A DNA stretch of 64,000 nt from Macrostomum hystrix (taxonomy: Eukaryota > Animalia > Platyhelminthes), in contig CATNEN010000007.1 in the NCBI GenBank assembly GCA_950097015.1, forward strand, positions 8,804,001 to 8,868,000. The letters run 5' to 3'. This document shows positions 23,401 through 32,933 of the stretch, in pieces; position 1 is the stretch's first letter, and each line of letters opens with the position of its first letter. Both the position numbers and the translations under genes were made by a program. A model generated the notes under the pieces. It was given only the letters and a program-made list of their open reading frames with translations, searched no databases and was not told the origin of the DNA.

Positions 23401-23555
23401 AGGACGTCCTTCTGCTCACCCTGCAGGGCCCGTTCAGGCGCGGCCAGGCTCGGACCCGCCGCTACGTCGACTGCCTGCTGAGCGACGCCAGGGCGCCCGA
23501 CACTGCCTCCGGCGCGGACCATGTTCGCGCGCTGGCTCTGCGGCGCATCATTTGA
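20442..23555 (+). CDS. APE endonuclease + reverse transcriptase (1037 aa from the first ATG)
   Basis: LGTLNCRTL, LQE, GDLNA, LDHVL, SDH (APE); HRGISLM, QNGFR, FVDFRKAFDSV, GVLQGDTLAPFLF, YADD (RT). Confidence 0.93.
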   Translation: MTSVGSDGRASAAAAKIGTSGTSRGQRSARRRTERRRERNRRGRLRGASRRQLPPVSAASESDPPGGAGDREAQRHRALAVPGGRLRLGTLNCRTLKAPWRRTLLVQLAHDLQLDLIMLQEVSIVAEPGLQNEDLGAGWSLLYTSADGRGRGGVGVLIGPRLRQSVHCAPLSPRLLRVDLRLRARCIRLFCAYAPTAAHPDEALAFFEFLAGQLEEMPNRDTLVVLGDLNAVPRRSERSPFVTGRENANTDALEDLLERLDLMSINTRFRKPPARLVTFAGCKRRRRNARGRNATRRLAQLDHVLVRAREHRRVINCDTMAPLALRSDHRLLLCDLRLNDPLYRPPKQRPRRYYRALLDPRVKYQFAGAFAGALGNQREAEYADISTAVRTAAEKTVPLMRPAERTQPVWQSDPTIRQARLKIERLRRSRRPTGDAEEALARLLDTRQQAAVDDAIQSITAAGPDVRSRAVWTAVRTLTGRKRRVALNLAGDTPEERRNELRDFFAGIVNAPSPPLPANFALPTDTTLPAEEDFRTSPVTVEDVVRFARRTSGGKALGPDEVPVEPLRLRCVASQVTSAMNRVLAGAPAPTEWTVAHIVPIPKKAGTTRKEDHRGISLMSCTAKLFNRLLLDRLQSVLDPYLRYEQNGFRPQRGTVTQILALRRVIEEARIRQSTLIVVFVDFRKAFDSVSRAALPLVLRAYRVPEQLVAAVMSLYRDTRAAVVTADGLSDLFATSSGVLQGDTLAPFLFVLLLDWVLRTALPSAEDGFLLRRRIGRRHDEKRLSVLGYADDLALLSSTVEGAQRQIDRLAEVASSVGLVINTLKTEVLTVPADIPADLTCRGADGQIISLARCQRFTYLGGQVPNVEDDIRRRRGLAWAAYRSIRAVLQSTALPDRQRARLWQAVIETVLLYNAESWTLTATLERQLDSAHSGLLRAAFQADESVGTEALYERAQLQRPSTILRQRRLRLAGHVIRAESYCRQPAQDVLLLTLQGPFRRGQARTRRYVDCLLSDARAPDTASGADHVRALALRRII

Positions 23556-24019
23556 CGCCGCCCCCCTAACGTTTGGGGCTTGCGTATTTTGTTGTTGTTG
23601 TTGTTGTTGTTGTTGATCTATCTTTGGCGAATAGACTTTTCACAAAGCAGACAGCTGAGGAGCTGAAACTAAAGAGTGGCCAATACTGTACCAAGTGGGC
23701 AGACCGGCTCCCAGCTGTAATAAATCAACTCAAAAATGAAATTTCTCGAATGACCTTCTTGAAGCCTTCTACAGCAATTAAATTTGCAGCAATTAAGCAA
23801 GACAGCTTAATTGATTCTATAAACACAAGAAAAATTTGTCAGACACCGTTTCCTAAATTGCCAGGAATATATTCTCCAGAAATTCTTACTAACTGTATTG
23901 CCGGCTATGATGGGTTTGAATTCTGGAGTTTTTTATCAACATTTATTTAGCGCCTGTCAAGGTATGAAACTTGAGCACCAGTGAGTGTGCTTCCGCGATC
24001 CAACGATTCATCTGCAAAA

Positions 24020-24770
24020 TTAATAGACATTTTTTAAAGCAAATTCTAAACTACAATTCTTTTTTCCTTATTGATCATCAAAAACTGATTCCACCTTTCA
24101 TAGCAAAGATTAACGAATTACTCCTGTGAAATCTTTCTGTTGGAGTTTTTTGACGGATTTATAAAATAGGCAGGCGCGATGACCTCATTGTAAAATCTTT
24201 TTAGCCTGTCCTGTGGAATGGTTGGACACATGAGGATCAGATCGCAGTTTCCACGAATTGTTTTGTTGGGGAGCTCGAACCAGTTCTGGGCGATGTAAAT
24301 TACATTACAATTGTTATGCCGTCCTCTAGTAAAATAGTTCTCTATCTGCTTCTTTGGGCCTGTCATGCAATCATCAAAGACAATCAAATTCTTTCTGTGG
24401 ATTTTTGATCAATCTGTGGATCTCCATAGGTGAACACTTTAATGTTCTGCTATTTGTCATTGTCTTGCATGGGTTTTACGTATTCGGCAGCTACAATTTC
24501 TGGGTTATTGGGAAGGCTTTTTTGGTTATTAAAACATGCAATAATGTGCTATTTGTCCAGTTTGTTTTGAAGTCCTGCAATCAGCATTTTATACTCATCT
24601 TGATACAGTGTGGCAGAGTAGATGTGCAGTGTCGTAGTCTAGCAATCCAAGTCCCAGAAGCATATCAAATACTCTGAATGTCTTTCCACCTCTAGATGTT
24701 CCAACAACAATGCATCTGAAGTGACTCGGGATTGACTCGTGATGAGAAAACTTAATCTGAATACGCGTCC
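24020..24770 (-). pseudogene. Polinton packaging ATPase (A32/FtsK-HerA family), frameshifted
   Basis: PSHFRCIVVGTSRGGKT (Walker A, about 24675-24730); LIVFDDCM...IENYFTRGRHNNCNVIYIAQNWFELPNKTIRGN (Walker B, arginine finger, sensor). Confidence 0.85.
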
Positions 24771-24945
24771 AGTGAGGATTGAAGTCACTTGAAAAGTCAA
24801 TTTTTTTTCACCCAGGTAAAAATGAAAAAAATCATTTAGAATCTCGTCGAGAGGTGTGTCCTTTTGGGACTTATATATGTTTTTTGGGACTAGTCTTGTA
24901 CCCTTATACGAGTCTCGTATGTCTTGTACCCTGGGAAAGTACCCT

Positions 24946-25324
24946 CTATAAGTCGAATTTGAAACCACTTCCTTTTTTAATGCTGGCTCTCATCTTCTCA
25001 TAGATTGCAGGATCCACACTGTCTGGATTCGGGCGAGTGGTTGAATCTCTGAGAGTGTTTTCCTTTCAGTTACAGTATCCTTATCTTTTTAGCCGCAGTA
25101 ACAACACTGCCAACTGATTCTGCTACATTCTTAATATTGTCTTTGTTCCCACTAGTAACTTTAACGATTCGAGCACCCTGTGCAATAATATCAGCAAGAC
25201 CATTACCTGAGCGTTCTTTCCTCGGACAGTGGCCTGCTGGGAAAAGTCCGGATCCACGCTTAATTAGATTAAGTTCCTCTTTGTCAAAGTACTTGTCAAA
25301 GTCTTTTTTAAAAATAATTGGCAC
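24946..25324 (-). pseudogene. Small Polinton virion-type protein with GSG motifs (frameshifted)
   Basis: KRGSGLF...RSGNGLADIIAQGARIV...; a continuation in another frame ends IKKGSGFKFDL*. Lies next to the ATPase. Confidence 0.5.
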
Positions 25325-25427
25325 TTTTTATTAAGGAAAATTTTTTTTTTAAACGTGACAGTAGAAGTTCTCTTGCTCTCTTGTCAATGTACTTCTTGTC
25401 AAACATTTTATCCAGGATATGAACAAA

Positions 25428-25605
25428 TTATTTCCTATTCTCATCCTTCATGCCAGTCTTTGCAGCTCCAAGAAGAACAGCCACTCGCTTATAGATGTTT
25501 GGGGTGTTAATGATTCCTGTTCCAGATTTTGCAGGCACTGATTGGCCTGCAGGGGATTGAAATGATTGGTCTGAAGATTGATCTGTGGATGATGGTGAAT
25601 AGTTT
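25428..25605 (-). pseudogene. C-terminal remnant of a conserved Polinton protein
   Basis: KSGTGIINTPNIYKRVAVLLGAAKTG resembles the recurrent Polinton motif GxG..DPNELxERLxLLxAxxxAGN (recalled, not searched). Confidence 0.45.
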
Positions 25606-25612
25606 TGGGTGT

Positions 25613-25832
25613 TGGCGAATCGGGAATTCGGCGAGTCAGGAATTTCGGCGAATCGGGATTCGGCGAAGCGGGAATTTCGGCGAATCGGGATTCGGCGAAG
25701 CGGGAATTTCGGCGAATCGGGATTCGGCGAAGCGGGAATTTCGGCGAATCGGGAATCGGCGAATCGGGAATCGGCGAATCGGGATTCGGCGAAGCGGGAA
25801 TTTCGGCGAATCGGGAATCGGCGAATCGGGAG
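25613..25832. repeat. Compound GGCGAATCGGGA(A)TTCGGCGAAGCGGGAATTTC tandem repeat
   Basis: Tandem 15/16/31-bp subunits interrupting the Polinton ORF. Confidence 0.9.
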
Positions 25833-26500
25833 TAAACCGGTGTGCATTTTTTCTCCTAATTTCTTATTTAATTTTTTTGTTAAAAAATGAACGAACCACT
25901 GACCAGTTTTCGACAAAATAAACAAGCCTATTTTGAGTGATGATAGCACAATCAAAGCGACTCAGGTAAGAGTTCCCAGTCAGGAAAATCAGAATGAAAT
26001 CTAATCTTGGTCCTGGTCAAACACTTCACCTACAGTGGATGTTCGTCTCTAGTAGCATGAGTTTATGCGACTCTGCCGCACTTGGAAAGCTCTCAGACTT
26101 AGCTGCTAGGTGTTCCGAAGACTAGCGTGGAGGCGAGAGTCACCCGTTCCGCTATAGATTGGAGAAGGCCGCAAGGAATTAGTGATGATAGTGAGAAGAA
26201 TTGAGTTGAAGTTTGCATAGAGATCGTTGGGATTTGTTAGGCAAATCCTTGGCTGGTCCTGGCCTGGGGCACGGGAATACACTGATGGGATGCCGGGCAA
26301 TCTGTAAGCACTAAGCAGAACCCTGCCGACACTGCGGAGATAGGAGTCTATCTCGGCAGTGTATTTTGGAGTGTGGAGGCGTCGCCTATCCCAGAGCAGA
26401 GGACACAGCCGACACTGTCGAGATAGGAGGGCCGAGCAAGTATGGGGGCTAGCAGAACCCTGCCAACACAGGGGAGATAGGAGGGGCTGAGGGGCTGAGT

Positions 26501-26680
26501 TTGTCTGCCAGACAAATGCCTACTGATAACAGCCCTGTGAATATCGTGACTAACATTGAGAGGACTGCCGCAACAGCCGTGGACCTGTACATTATCTACG
26601 CATATGAGAGGAAGGTGAAGCTTAGCATGATCAACAACTCATCAACTCATCCAGTAAAGTTTAAATATTTATTCTCGCAG
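26501..26680 (+). pseudogene. Probable C-terminal remnant of the Polinton major capsid protein
   Basis: LSARQMPTDNSPVNIVTNIERTAATAVDLYIIYAYERKVKL has the beta-strand pattern of the last jelly-roll strands and sits directly upstream of the penton. Confidence 0.4.
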
Positions 26681-26975
26681 CTAAAAAAATGGAAGCGATT
26701 GCTGAAAGACTGAATAATATTATTTCTCACTCTAAGGAGAGCATTCCTATTACAAAAACTGGGCGGATTGATGACCGAAGCGGGATTTTTGTTGAGAAAT
26801 TAGAGCAGCCGATTCGTTTGGATTCGGGTGCTAATTACCATGTCTATCTTAACGATTTCACTGGCTGGTCAAACGTTCCCAATGTGACGGCAGCAAATAA
26901 TAAGTTTCATTACAAATGGAAAGGTGCAGCAGCAGAAGCTGTTGTATTCCCTATGAGCACGCAAAGTGTGGATAC

Positions 26976-29900
26976 TGTTGTGCAGTGTCAAAGCAGCCCG
27001 GCCCTAACGGCTTTCTCTCTTCTTCTTCTGTCTATGGTCCCGTTAAGCTAAGCTTCGCCTCAACTGTTGCACCCCTTTTACCCCCCCAAGCTAAACGTAA
27101 GAGTGACTACACGGCTTATTCGCACGCGCGGCTTTAACCCAAATACACTCGTTATATTCGCTATAAGAAGCTTCCTTTGAGTCTTGACAATGGCGTCGCG
27201 GCTTGGCGACCTTTTTCTCGGCGATGCCGACCGTGCACTGATGTGGCTCAAGGCCTTCAATGCTCTGGCCCGCGCCAAGAAGTGGACCGACTCGACCGAA
27301 TCCCGACAAGTCGCAGACAATTTTTTGGCATCCTGCGGACTGCCTGCTTTGGAGAAGCTGACTCATCTCGTCGCTCCGAAGGAGATCGACAAGCTGACCT
27401 TCCAAGAGATCGAGACAGCCCTGGTGTCCTACTTACAACCTCAGAAGCGCCTCATTGTCGCCGAAAGAACCGACTTTTTCTCAATTCGTCAGAAAGCTGC
27501 TGAGCCGATAGCAGACTATTTAGCTCGCCTGAGGAAAGCAGCAACGCACTGCGCCTTTGACTCTCTGAAGGACTGCGCCAGTCCCGCAGAGGAGCTGGTG
27601 CGGCTTACTCTCATTTCTGGACTGTACAACCCTGAGCATCAACGGCGCATTCTAGGTGCAATGCAAACCAAGGATCAGACAATCTCGGAGATTGTTGACC
27701 TCATTCGAAGTTGTGAACAGATCAACACGTTTGTTCAAACCTGTAACTCGGTGCCCCCGGTAGGCCCGGCTGGCCCATTGTCGCCGCCAGCCCAACATAA
27801 TGCGGCCACTGACGAATCGGTGCACTACTCCAAAGGTGGACGGCCAACTTCCAATGGTCAGCGCATCGAGGGCTGCAAGTACTGTGGCGGATCCCATCAC
27901 GCAGGCAAGTGCCCGGCATATGGCAAGACCTGTTCCAAGTGCTCCAAGCGCAACCACTTTGCTGCCGTATGCCGCTCCGCTCTGACTAGCAAATCCGTAC
28001 ATCACGCGGATGTTCCATCCGATGCATCGATGACGCCCGAGCCCTCGAAGATCCTGCATCTTATGGACGTTGATCTGGTCAACGCAATCGAAGTTGCATC
28101 TGAGACACTTCTTGTAGACGGCGCCAAGGTACCAATGCAAGTGGATACCGGTGCATCCGTCTCCGTGCTTTCTAGCACAATCTGGGAGTCTCTGGGCAGG
28201 CCCCCACTGCAAAAGAGTCACCGACGCCTCGAGGCCTACGACGGCCACACCCTAAAGACTCTCGGCAAGCTGTGCTCTACCGTCGAGATGCGGGGTAGGT
28301 TACACCCCGCCGAATTCGTCGTGGTTTCGTCTTTGAAGCCGTTCGGCCTCCTTGGCCGTGATCTTTTAGATTCCGACTCTCTCTTTCACACCAACTCTCA
28401 AGCTCCGAGCCCCACAGTTGCAGCTACAACGCTGCCCACCATCAAGGGCATCAAGGCACAGATGGAGCTGGTTGAAGGCGCTCGATCCCAGTTCTGCCGT
28501 GCTCGTCCGGTTCCAATCGCACTAGAGAAGCAAGTCAACGCAGAGTTGGACCGGCTGCAGCAGCTTGGCATCATCGAGCCTGTGGAGGGTCCTGTGAGCA
28601 ACGCTTCTCCGGTCGTCTGGATCAAGAAGAAGGACGGGACTTTGCGCATGTGCGCCGATTACAAGGTCCATGTGAACGACAAAATAAAGCCAGAGTCATA
28701 CCCTATTCCAAGCATCGAGCACCTCTTTGGCAAGTTAAAGAATGCCAAGAAGTTTGCCAAGATTGATCTGAGGTCGGCTTACTGGCAGATCGAGCTGGAC
28801 GAATCCGCCCAAGGCATCTCTATCATCAATACCTCGCGAGGCCTATACCGCGTCAAACGCCTTCAGATGGGCATGAAAAACGCTTCATTCATTTTTCAAC
28901 GCACAATGGAGAGCATCCTCTCCGACTTGAAGGGACTACTGATCTATCAAGACGACATCATGGTCTATGCTGAGAACGTTGAAGCACTCCAGAAGCGTCT
29001 GAAAGCAGTCAAAACGCGCCTGGCCGAAAAAAAGGTAACGGTCAATGAAGACAAATGTACAGGCATTTGCGATTCGATTTCATTCCTTGGATTCGAAATT
29101 TCTGCCGCTGGAATTCGGCCCGATGATAAGCTCGTGGACAAAGTTCGCCACATCTCGACACCGAAGACCAAGAAGGAGATCGAGCAATTTCTCGGTCTGG
29201 TGAATTTCTTCGGCCGCTTGATTCCTGACTATTCCGCCAAGGTCGCCCCATTGAACGAACTGCGCAAGGCATCCACGCCGTTTGTCTGGTCTGAAGCATG
29301 TGCTCGCGCTTTCGAGAATCTCAAGAAGGAGATCTCATCACGACCAATAGTACAACCGTACAGCCTGGAGAAGGAGGTGACCCTCACAACAGATGCCTCT
29401 AAAGGAGCGTTGGCAGGCGTTGTTACCCAGGAAGGACGCCCTGTAATCTTTATCTCTAGGACACTGTCCAAGGCCGAGACTAACTATTCCAACATTGAAC
29501 GGGAAGCACTCGCCATCTTCTGGGCCGTCTGTCGCCTGAAACACTACCTCCAAGGCCGACGATTTACGGTACAGACGGATCATCAGCCTCTTCTACGGCT
29601 TTTCGGTGGCAGCATACCAATGAGTTCATCGGCAAGAATCAGTCGCTGGGCCCTTTACCTGATGCAATTTGACTTTAGCGTGGTCTACGTTCCCGGATCG
29701 CGCATTCCGCATGCCGATGCGCTTTCTCGTCTGCCGTTTGATAATGACAGTCAAGACCCGGCCGATGCATTCGAGGCAATCAACTCAGTTGCCTTTGAAT
29801 CCCCTACTATCAATCCTCGACGGATCGCTAGCGAACTTGATTCTGATCCACTGCTACAGCGCATCATACGTCGCGTACGCAATGGCGACTGGCATAACTG

Positions 29901-31288
29901 CACACAAGCAGAGGCCGCTTTCAAGAGAAACGCAGCAGCTCTAACAATCGAGAACGGCCTCCTCTACATGCACCGGCGCGCATTCATACCTCCGCGTCTC
30001 CGGAAAGAGGCCTTCGATGCGATTCACGACACTCATAGCGGTACTTCTGCCAGCTACCACCTCCTGGAGCTGTCCTGCTGGTGGCCCGGCATGCAGCGCG
30101 ACGTGGAACGATTCGTGCGGCAGTGTGCTGCATGCAGCAGCCTGCGGCCCCGACTGCAGAAGTCCCGAGATGCTTGGCCACCTGCTGATGCTCCATTTCA
30201 GCGCATCCACATGGACTGGGCCTTCGTGCCCGAGGTGGGCAACATTCTCATTGTAGTGGATTCCTATTCCGGATGGATTGAAGCCTTTCCATCCCGCGAC
30301 AGGACGGCAGACAGGGTTATTTGCTCGTTACGTACTGTATTCACGAGATTTGGAGTCCCAGAGGTGGTGGTCTCCGACAACGGACCGGAATTCACGTCTG
30401 ATGCCCTGCTGTCCTGGCTGCATGCCAACGGCGCCCGAAAGATGGAAACCCCTCCCTACTCGCCACAATCTAATGGTGCGGCCGAGCGAGCAGTCCAAAC
30501 TGTCAAGAGGGCCCTGCAGGCCTGGACACAGAGACTGACCCACTCTGACTTCATTGCGTTTTTGCAGAAGGTTCTGCTTCACCACCGCAACTCGTCAGGT
30601 GCAAGGTCAAAGACACCGGCTGAGCTCGTGTTCGGTCGACGACTTCGCGTACCTGTTGTCTCGGCTTTCCAACAAGGTGACCAGGTCGTATACAAGGCCA
30701 CCGACCACACCCCGTCCCGAGGCGCAGAGTTTCTCATGACCCAAGGGCGCAACACATCCTGGTTGCTGACGGACGACAAACTGCGTCTGGCAAGCAACAA
30801 TCAGATTGCCCCGATGCTTTCACGCACTTCTGAGGACGACGAGGACGAAAGTCTGGAGCCGCCGGCAGACATGCCTCCCAATGAAACCCCGACACCACCG
30901 GCTCCGGTAGCAGATCAAGTTCCGCGCAGGGGTGACCGAAATCGGCGACAGCCAGACCGATACACACCCTGACACTGTGACGGTTGATATGTTGCCCTCC
31001 CGATAAGACTAACATAGCCACAAAAAATAGCCACATGCGCTCGTTGTTTTGTTTCATTTGACTGGAGGGAGACATGTTGTGCAGTGTCAAAGCAGCCCGG
31101 CCCTAACGGCTTTCTCTCTTCTTCTTCTGTCTATGGTCCCGTTAAGCTAAGCTTCGCCTCAACTGTTGCACCCCTTTTACCCCCCCAAGCTAAACGTAAG
31201 AGTGACTACACGGCTTATTCGCACGCGCGGCTTTAACCCAAATACACTCGTTATATTCGCTATAAGAAGCTTCCTTTGAGTCTTGACA
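26976..31288 (+). mobile_element. Intact Ty3/Gypsy (Mag-like) LTR retrotransposon, 4313 bp
   Basis: 214-bp LTRs 26976-27189 and 31075-31288 (TG...CA, apparently identical); 5-bp TSD GATAC; PBS TGGCGTCGCGG; polypurine tract GGAGGGAGA. Confidence 0.96.
27190..30972 (+). CDS. Gag-Pol polyprotein (CCHC knuckles, protease, RT, RNase H, integrase)
   Basis: CKYCGGSH, CSKCSKRNH..C, VDTGA, YQDD, TDAS, H..H..C..C, HMD, SDNG, AERAV; uninterrupted. Confidence 0.95.
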   Translation: MASRLGDLFLGDADRALMWLKAFNALARAKKWTDSTESRQVADNFLASCGLPALEKLTHLVAPKEIDKLTFQEIETALVSYLQPQKRLIVAERTDFFSIRQKAAEPIADYLARLRKAATHCAFDSLKDCASPAEELVRLTLISGLYNPEHQRRILGAMQTKDQTISEIVDLIRSCEQINTFVQTCNSVPPVGPAGPLSPPAQHNAATDESVHYSKGGRPTSNGQRIEGCKYCGGSHHAGKCPAYGKTCSKCSKRNHFAAVCRSALTSKSVHHADVPSDASMTPEPSKILHLMDVDLVNAIEVASETLLVDGAKVPMQVDTGASVSVLSSTIWESLGRPPLQKSHRRLEAYDGHTLKTLGKLCSTVEMRGRLHPAEFVVVSSLKPFGLLGRDLLDSDSLFHTNSQAPSPTVAATTLPTIKGIKAQMELVEGARSQFCRARPVPIALEKQVNAELDRLQQLGIIEPVEGPVSNASPVVWIKKKDGTLRMCADYKVHVNDKIKPESYPIPSIEHLFGKLKNAKKFAKIDLRSAYWQIELDESAQGISIINTSRGLYRVKRLQMGMKNASFIFQRTMESILSDLKGLLIYQDDIMVYAENVEALQKRLKAVKTRLAEKKVTVNEDKCTGICDSISFLGFEISAAGIRPDDKLVDKVRHISTPKTKKEIEQFLGLVNFFGRLIPDYSAKVAPLNELRKASTPFVWSEACARAFENLKKEISSRPIVQPYSLEKEVTLTTDASKGALAGVVTQEGRPVIFISRTLSKAETNYSNIEREALAIFWAVCRLKHYLQGRRFTVQTDHQPLLRLFGGSIPMSSSARISRWALYLMQFDFSVVYVPGSRIPHADALSRLPFDNDSQDPADAFEAINSVAFESPTINPRRIASELDSDPLLQRIIRRVRNGDWHNCTQAEAAFKRNAAALTIENGLLYMHRRAFIPPRLRKEAFDAIHDTHSGTSASYHLLELSCWWPGMQRDVERFVRQCAACSSLRPRLQKSRDAWPPADAPFQRIHMDWAFVPEVGNILIVVDSYSGWIEAFPSRDRTADRVICSLRTVFTRFGVPEVVVSDNGPEFTSDALLSWLHANGARKMETPPYSPQSNGAAERAVQTVKRALQAWTQRLTHSDFIAFLQKVLLHHRNSSGARSKTPAELVFGRRLRVPVVSAFQQGDQVVYKATDHTPSRGAEFLMTQGRNTSWLLTDDKLRLASNNQIAPMLSRTSEDDEDESLEPPADMPPNETPTPPAPVADQVPRRGDRNRRQPDRYTP

Positions 31289-32113
31289 GATACATAATAA
31301 CTTTTTCTTGGAAAATGTTTTTACAAAGAGAAATAATTTTGAGACACCTGATGCGAGCAACCCAGAGAATAAACTGTTCCCTGTTAAATTTTCCTATGAC
31401 CTCACAGTTATGAGAGTGGTCATGCAGGCTCATAAAGATGCGGAGGTAAATTTTAAAGATGGAAATGGGATTCGAGAAGAAAGTTTATAAGGCAGCACAG
31501 ACTGCATCTCATTCACCGGGGGCCGTTTCGAGGACCCAGCTAAGCGGTTTGTTCTTTGCACCCAATATCGCAGACATTTTAAAGGGCTTGAATATTCTAA
31601 TCAGAAGTAATCTCAGTCTTGATTGGGTATTTAAGGGAAAGCGAAAGAATATTTTGTACAACATCTCAAACTCTGTTCCTGGAGGACAGATGCTGGTAGA
31701 GAAACCAAATCCAGTGAAAAGAGTTGTATTGAGTAATAAGGAGATTCACGAGAATGTGCTGCAGTTTGAAACTGAAGATGGTGCTGGCGTTGATTTCAAC
31801 GGTGAAGAGTTTGTATTGACGCTGATCATTGAGAGAATGTGAGAGAAAACAAATAAAATTGCTTAGCGATTTCTGCAAAGCTATTGTAGCTATCATAGTC
31901 CTTTATAGTCCTAGTAGCGGGCAGGTTCACTTTTTGCAGGGCTGTAATAAGAGGCTGTAATATGGAAACAGATGCTGGTACCCGTTTTTCCTGTTCTCTT
32001 TGGGAATAATAAAGTTAATATGGAGGCTGCGATGATGTTTGTCCTAGAATAGTATACTCACAGAATACAACTCACAAACTGATCTTAAAAAATAAAGTAG
32101 AGAATTTTGAATT

Positions 32114-32546
32114 TAGAGACAGATTTTTGGAGAGGTGAGGACCCTTTGTTTCCTGATCTCTTCGGTAATAATAAAGCTAATAGATTATGGATTATGGCGA
32201 CTGCGTAAACGTTTGTCCCAGATAGCCCGTCTTGCATACTACTCGGTTAGAAGGCAGGCTAATACATTTAGCCTGTCCGTCATCTGCCCGATATCGGTTT
32301 AATGTACGTACTTCAACTGAAACTTGATATGCTTAAAGCTATTTTTGCCATGTATTGCTACTTTCAGTAGTCACGTACGATGGAAGCAGAGTTGACTAAA
32401 TATTTAGATAAAGCTAAATTACGAAGCTAATATTATTGAGAAAGACTTGGCAATAGAGATATCCCAAAAGGCCTCGTTAATTTACTGCATTCGAAGGTTC
32501 AGAAATATTCTGACTGACAGTTAAAAAATAAGCTGCACGGGAAAAA
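32114..32546. repeat. 433-bp direct repeat (Polinton right TIR + ~300-bp flank); second copy at 43625-44057
   Basis: Near-identical sequence at offset 11511. Confidence 0.92.
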
Positions 32547-32559
32547 ATGACGATTTCGG

Positions 32560-32866
32560 TCATTCGGGTGTCATGCCTGCGAGATCAATCCCGCGCTCTA
32601 CACAAGGGCGCGCCTGACGCGCGTTCTGACCTGCTGCGCGGACGTCATCCGGTCGGAGGCCCGCTGCCATGAGCCCTACATGAAGTGCTGCTGCTCAAGC
32701 TGCAGGAACCGCGCTGGCGAGGCGAGATTTTCTGACCGGCTTCTGCTGTAATGCTTGCGCCCCGGACCAAGCTGGTGGGTGTGACTCTTTGAGGTCGTTG
32801 GCCCAGAGACACGCTTTCTGACTCCTCCCCCTTTCTGGCCACTGTGTGGCTGGCGGGAGCGGTTCT

Positions 32867-32913
<47 letters not shown>

Positions 32914-32933
32914 GGTGGTGTTTTTGTTGTTGT
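32560..32933 (+). mobile_element. 5'-truncated, degenerate RTE copy with (GTT/GGT)n tail
   Basis: DVIRSEARCHEP/VLLLKLQEPRWRG/APDQAGGCDSLRSLAQRHAF* aligns to the C-terminus of the RTE ORF at 23360-23555; same GTT tail. Confidence 0.75.

Larger units (their letters stand above)
20062..23614 (+). mobile_element. Full-length RTE-like non-LTR retrotransposon
   Basis: TSD GATCTATCTTT at 20051-20061 and 23615-23625; 5' 17-bp tandem array; 3' (GTT)n tail; single intact APE-RT ORF. Confidence 0.92.
19737..23800 (+). pseudogene. Polinton-type rve integrase (frameshifted; split by an RTE insertion at 20062-23614)
   Basis: PNEAHEADLLFLPNDSGYKYALTVTDIASRYKEARPLKT../..YPQTFMTDPGKEF...HRDQAVV/ERFDLSLA|NRLF...KWADRLPAVINQLKNEISRMTFLKP shows the DDE core of c-integrases. 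Confidence 0.85.
26689..31842 (+). pseudogene. Polinton minor capsid (penton) gene split by a Gypsy insertion (26689-26975 + 31294-31842, one further frameshift)
   Basis: N-part FVEKLEQPIRLDSGANYHVYL..SNVPNVTAANNKFHY...SVDT rejoins YNNFFLENVF across TSD GATAC. C-part ILIRSNL..NILYNI..VPGGQMLVEKP..EIHENVLQFETEDGAGVDFNGEEFVLTLII. Confidence 0.75.

Noticed and set aside
32238-32249. 32243 as the true right boundary of the Polinton insertion
   Set aside because: The following 6-mer CGGTTA does not match the left flank CGAGTA; the exact match is only at 44073.
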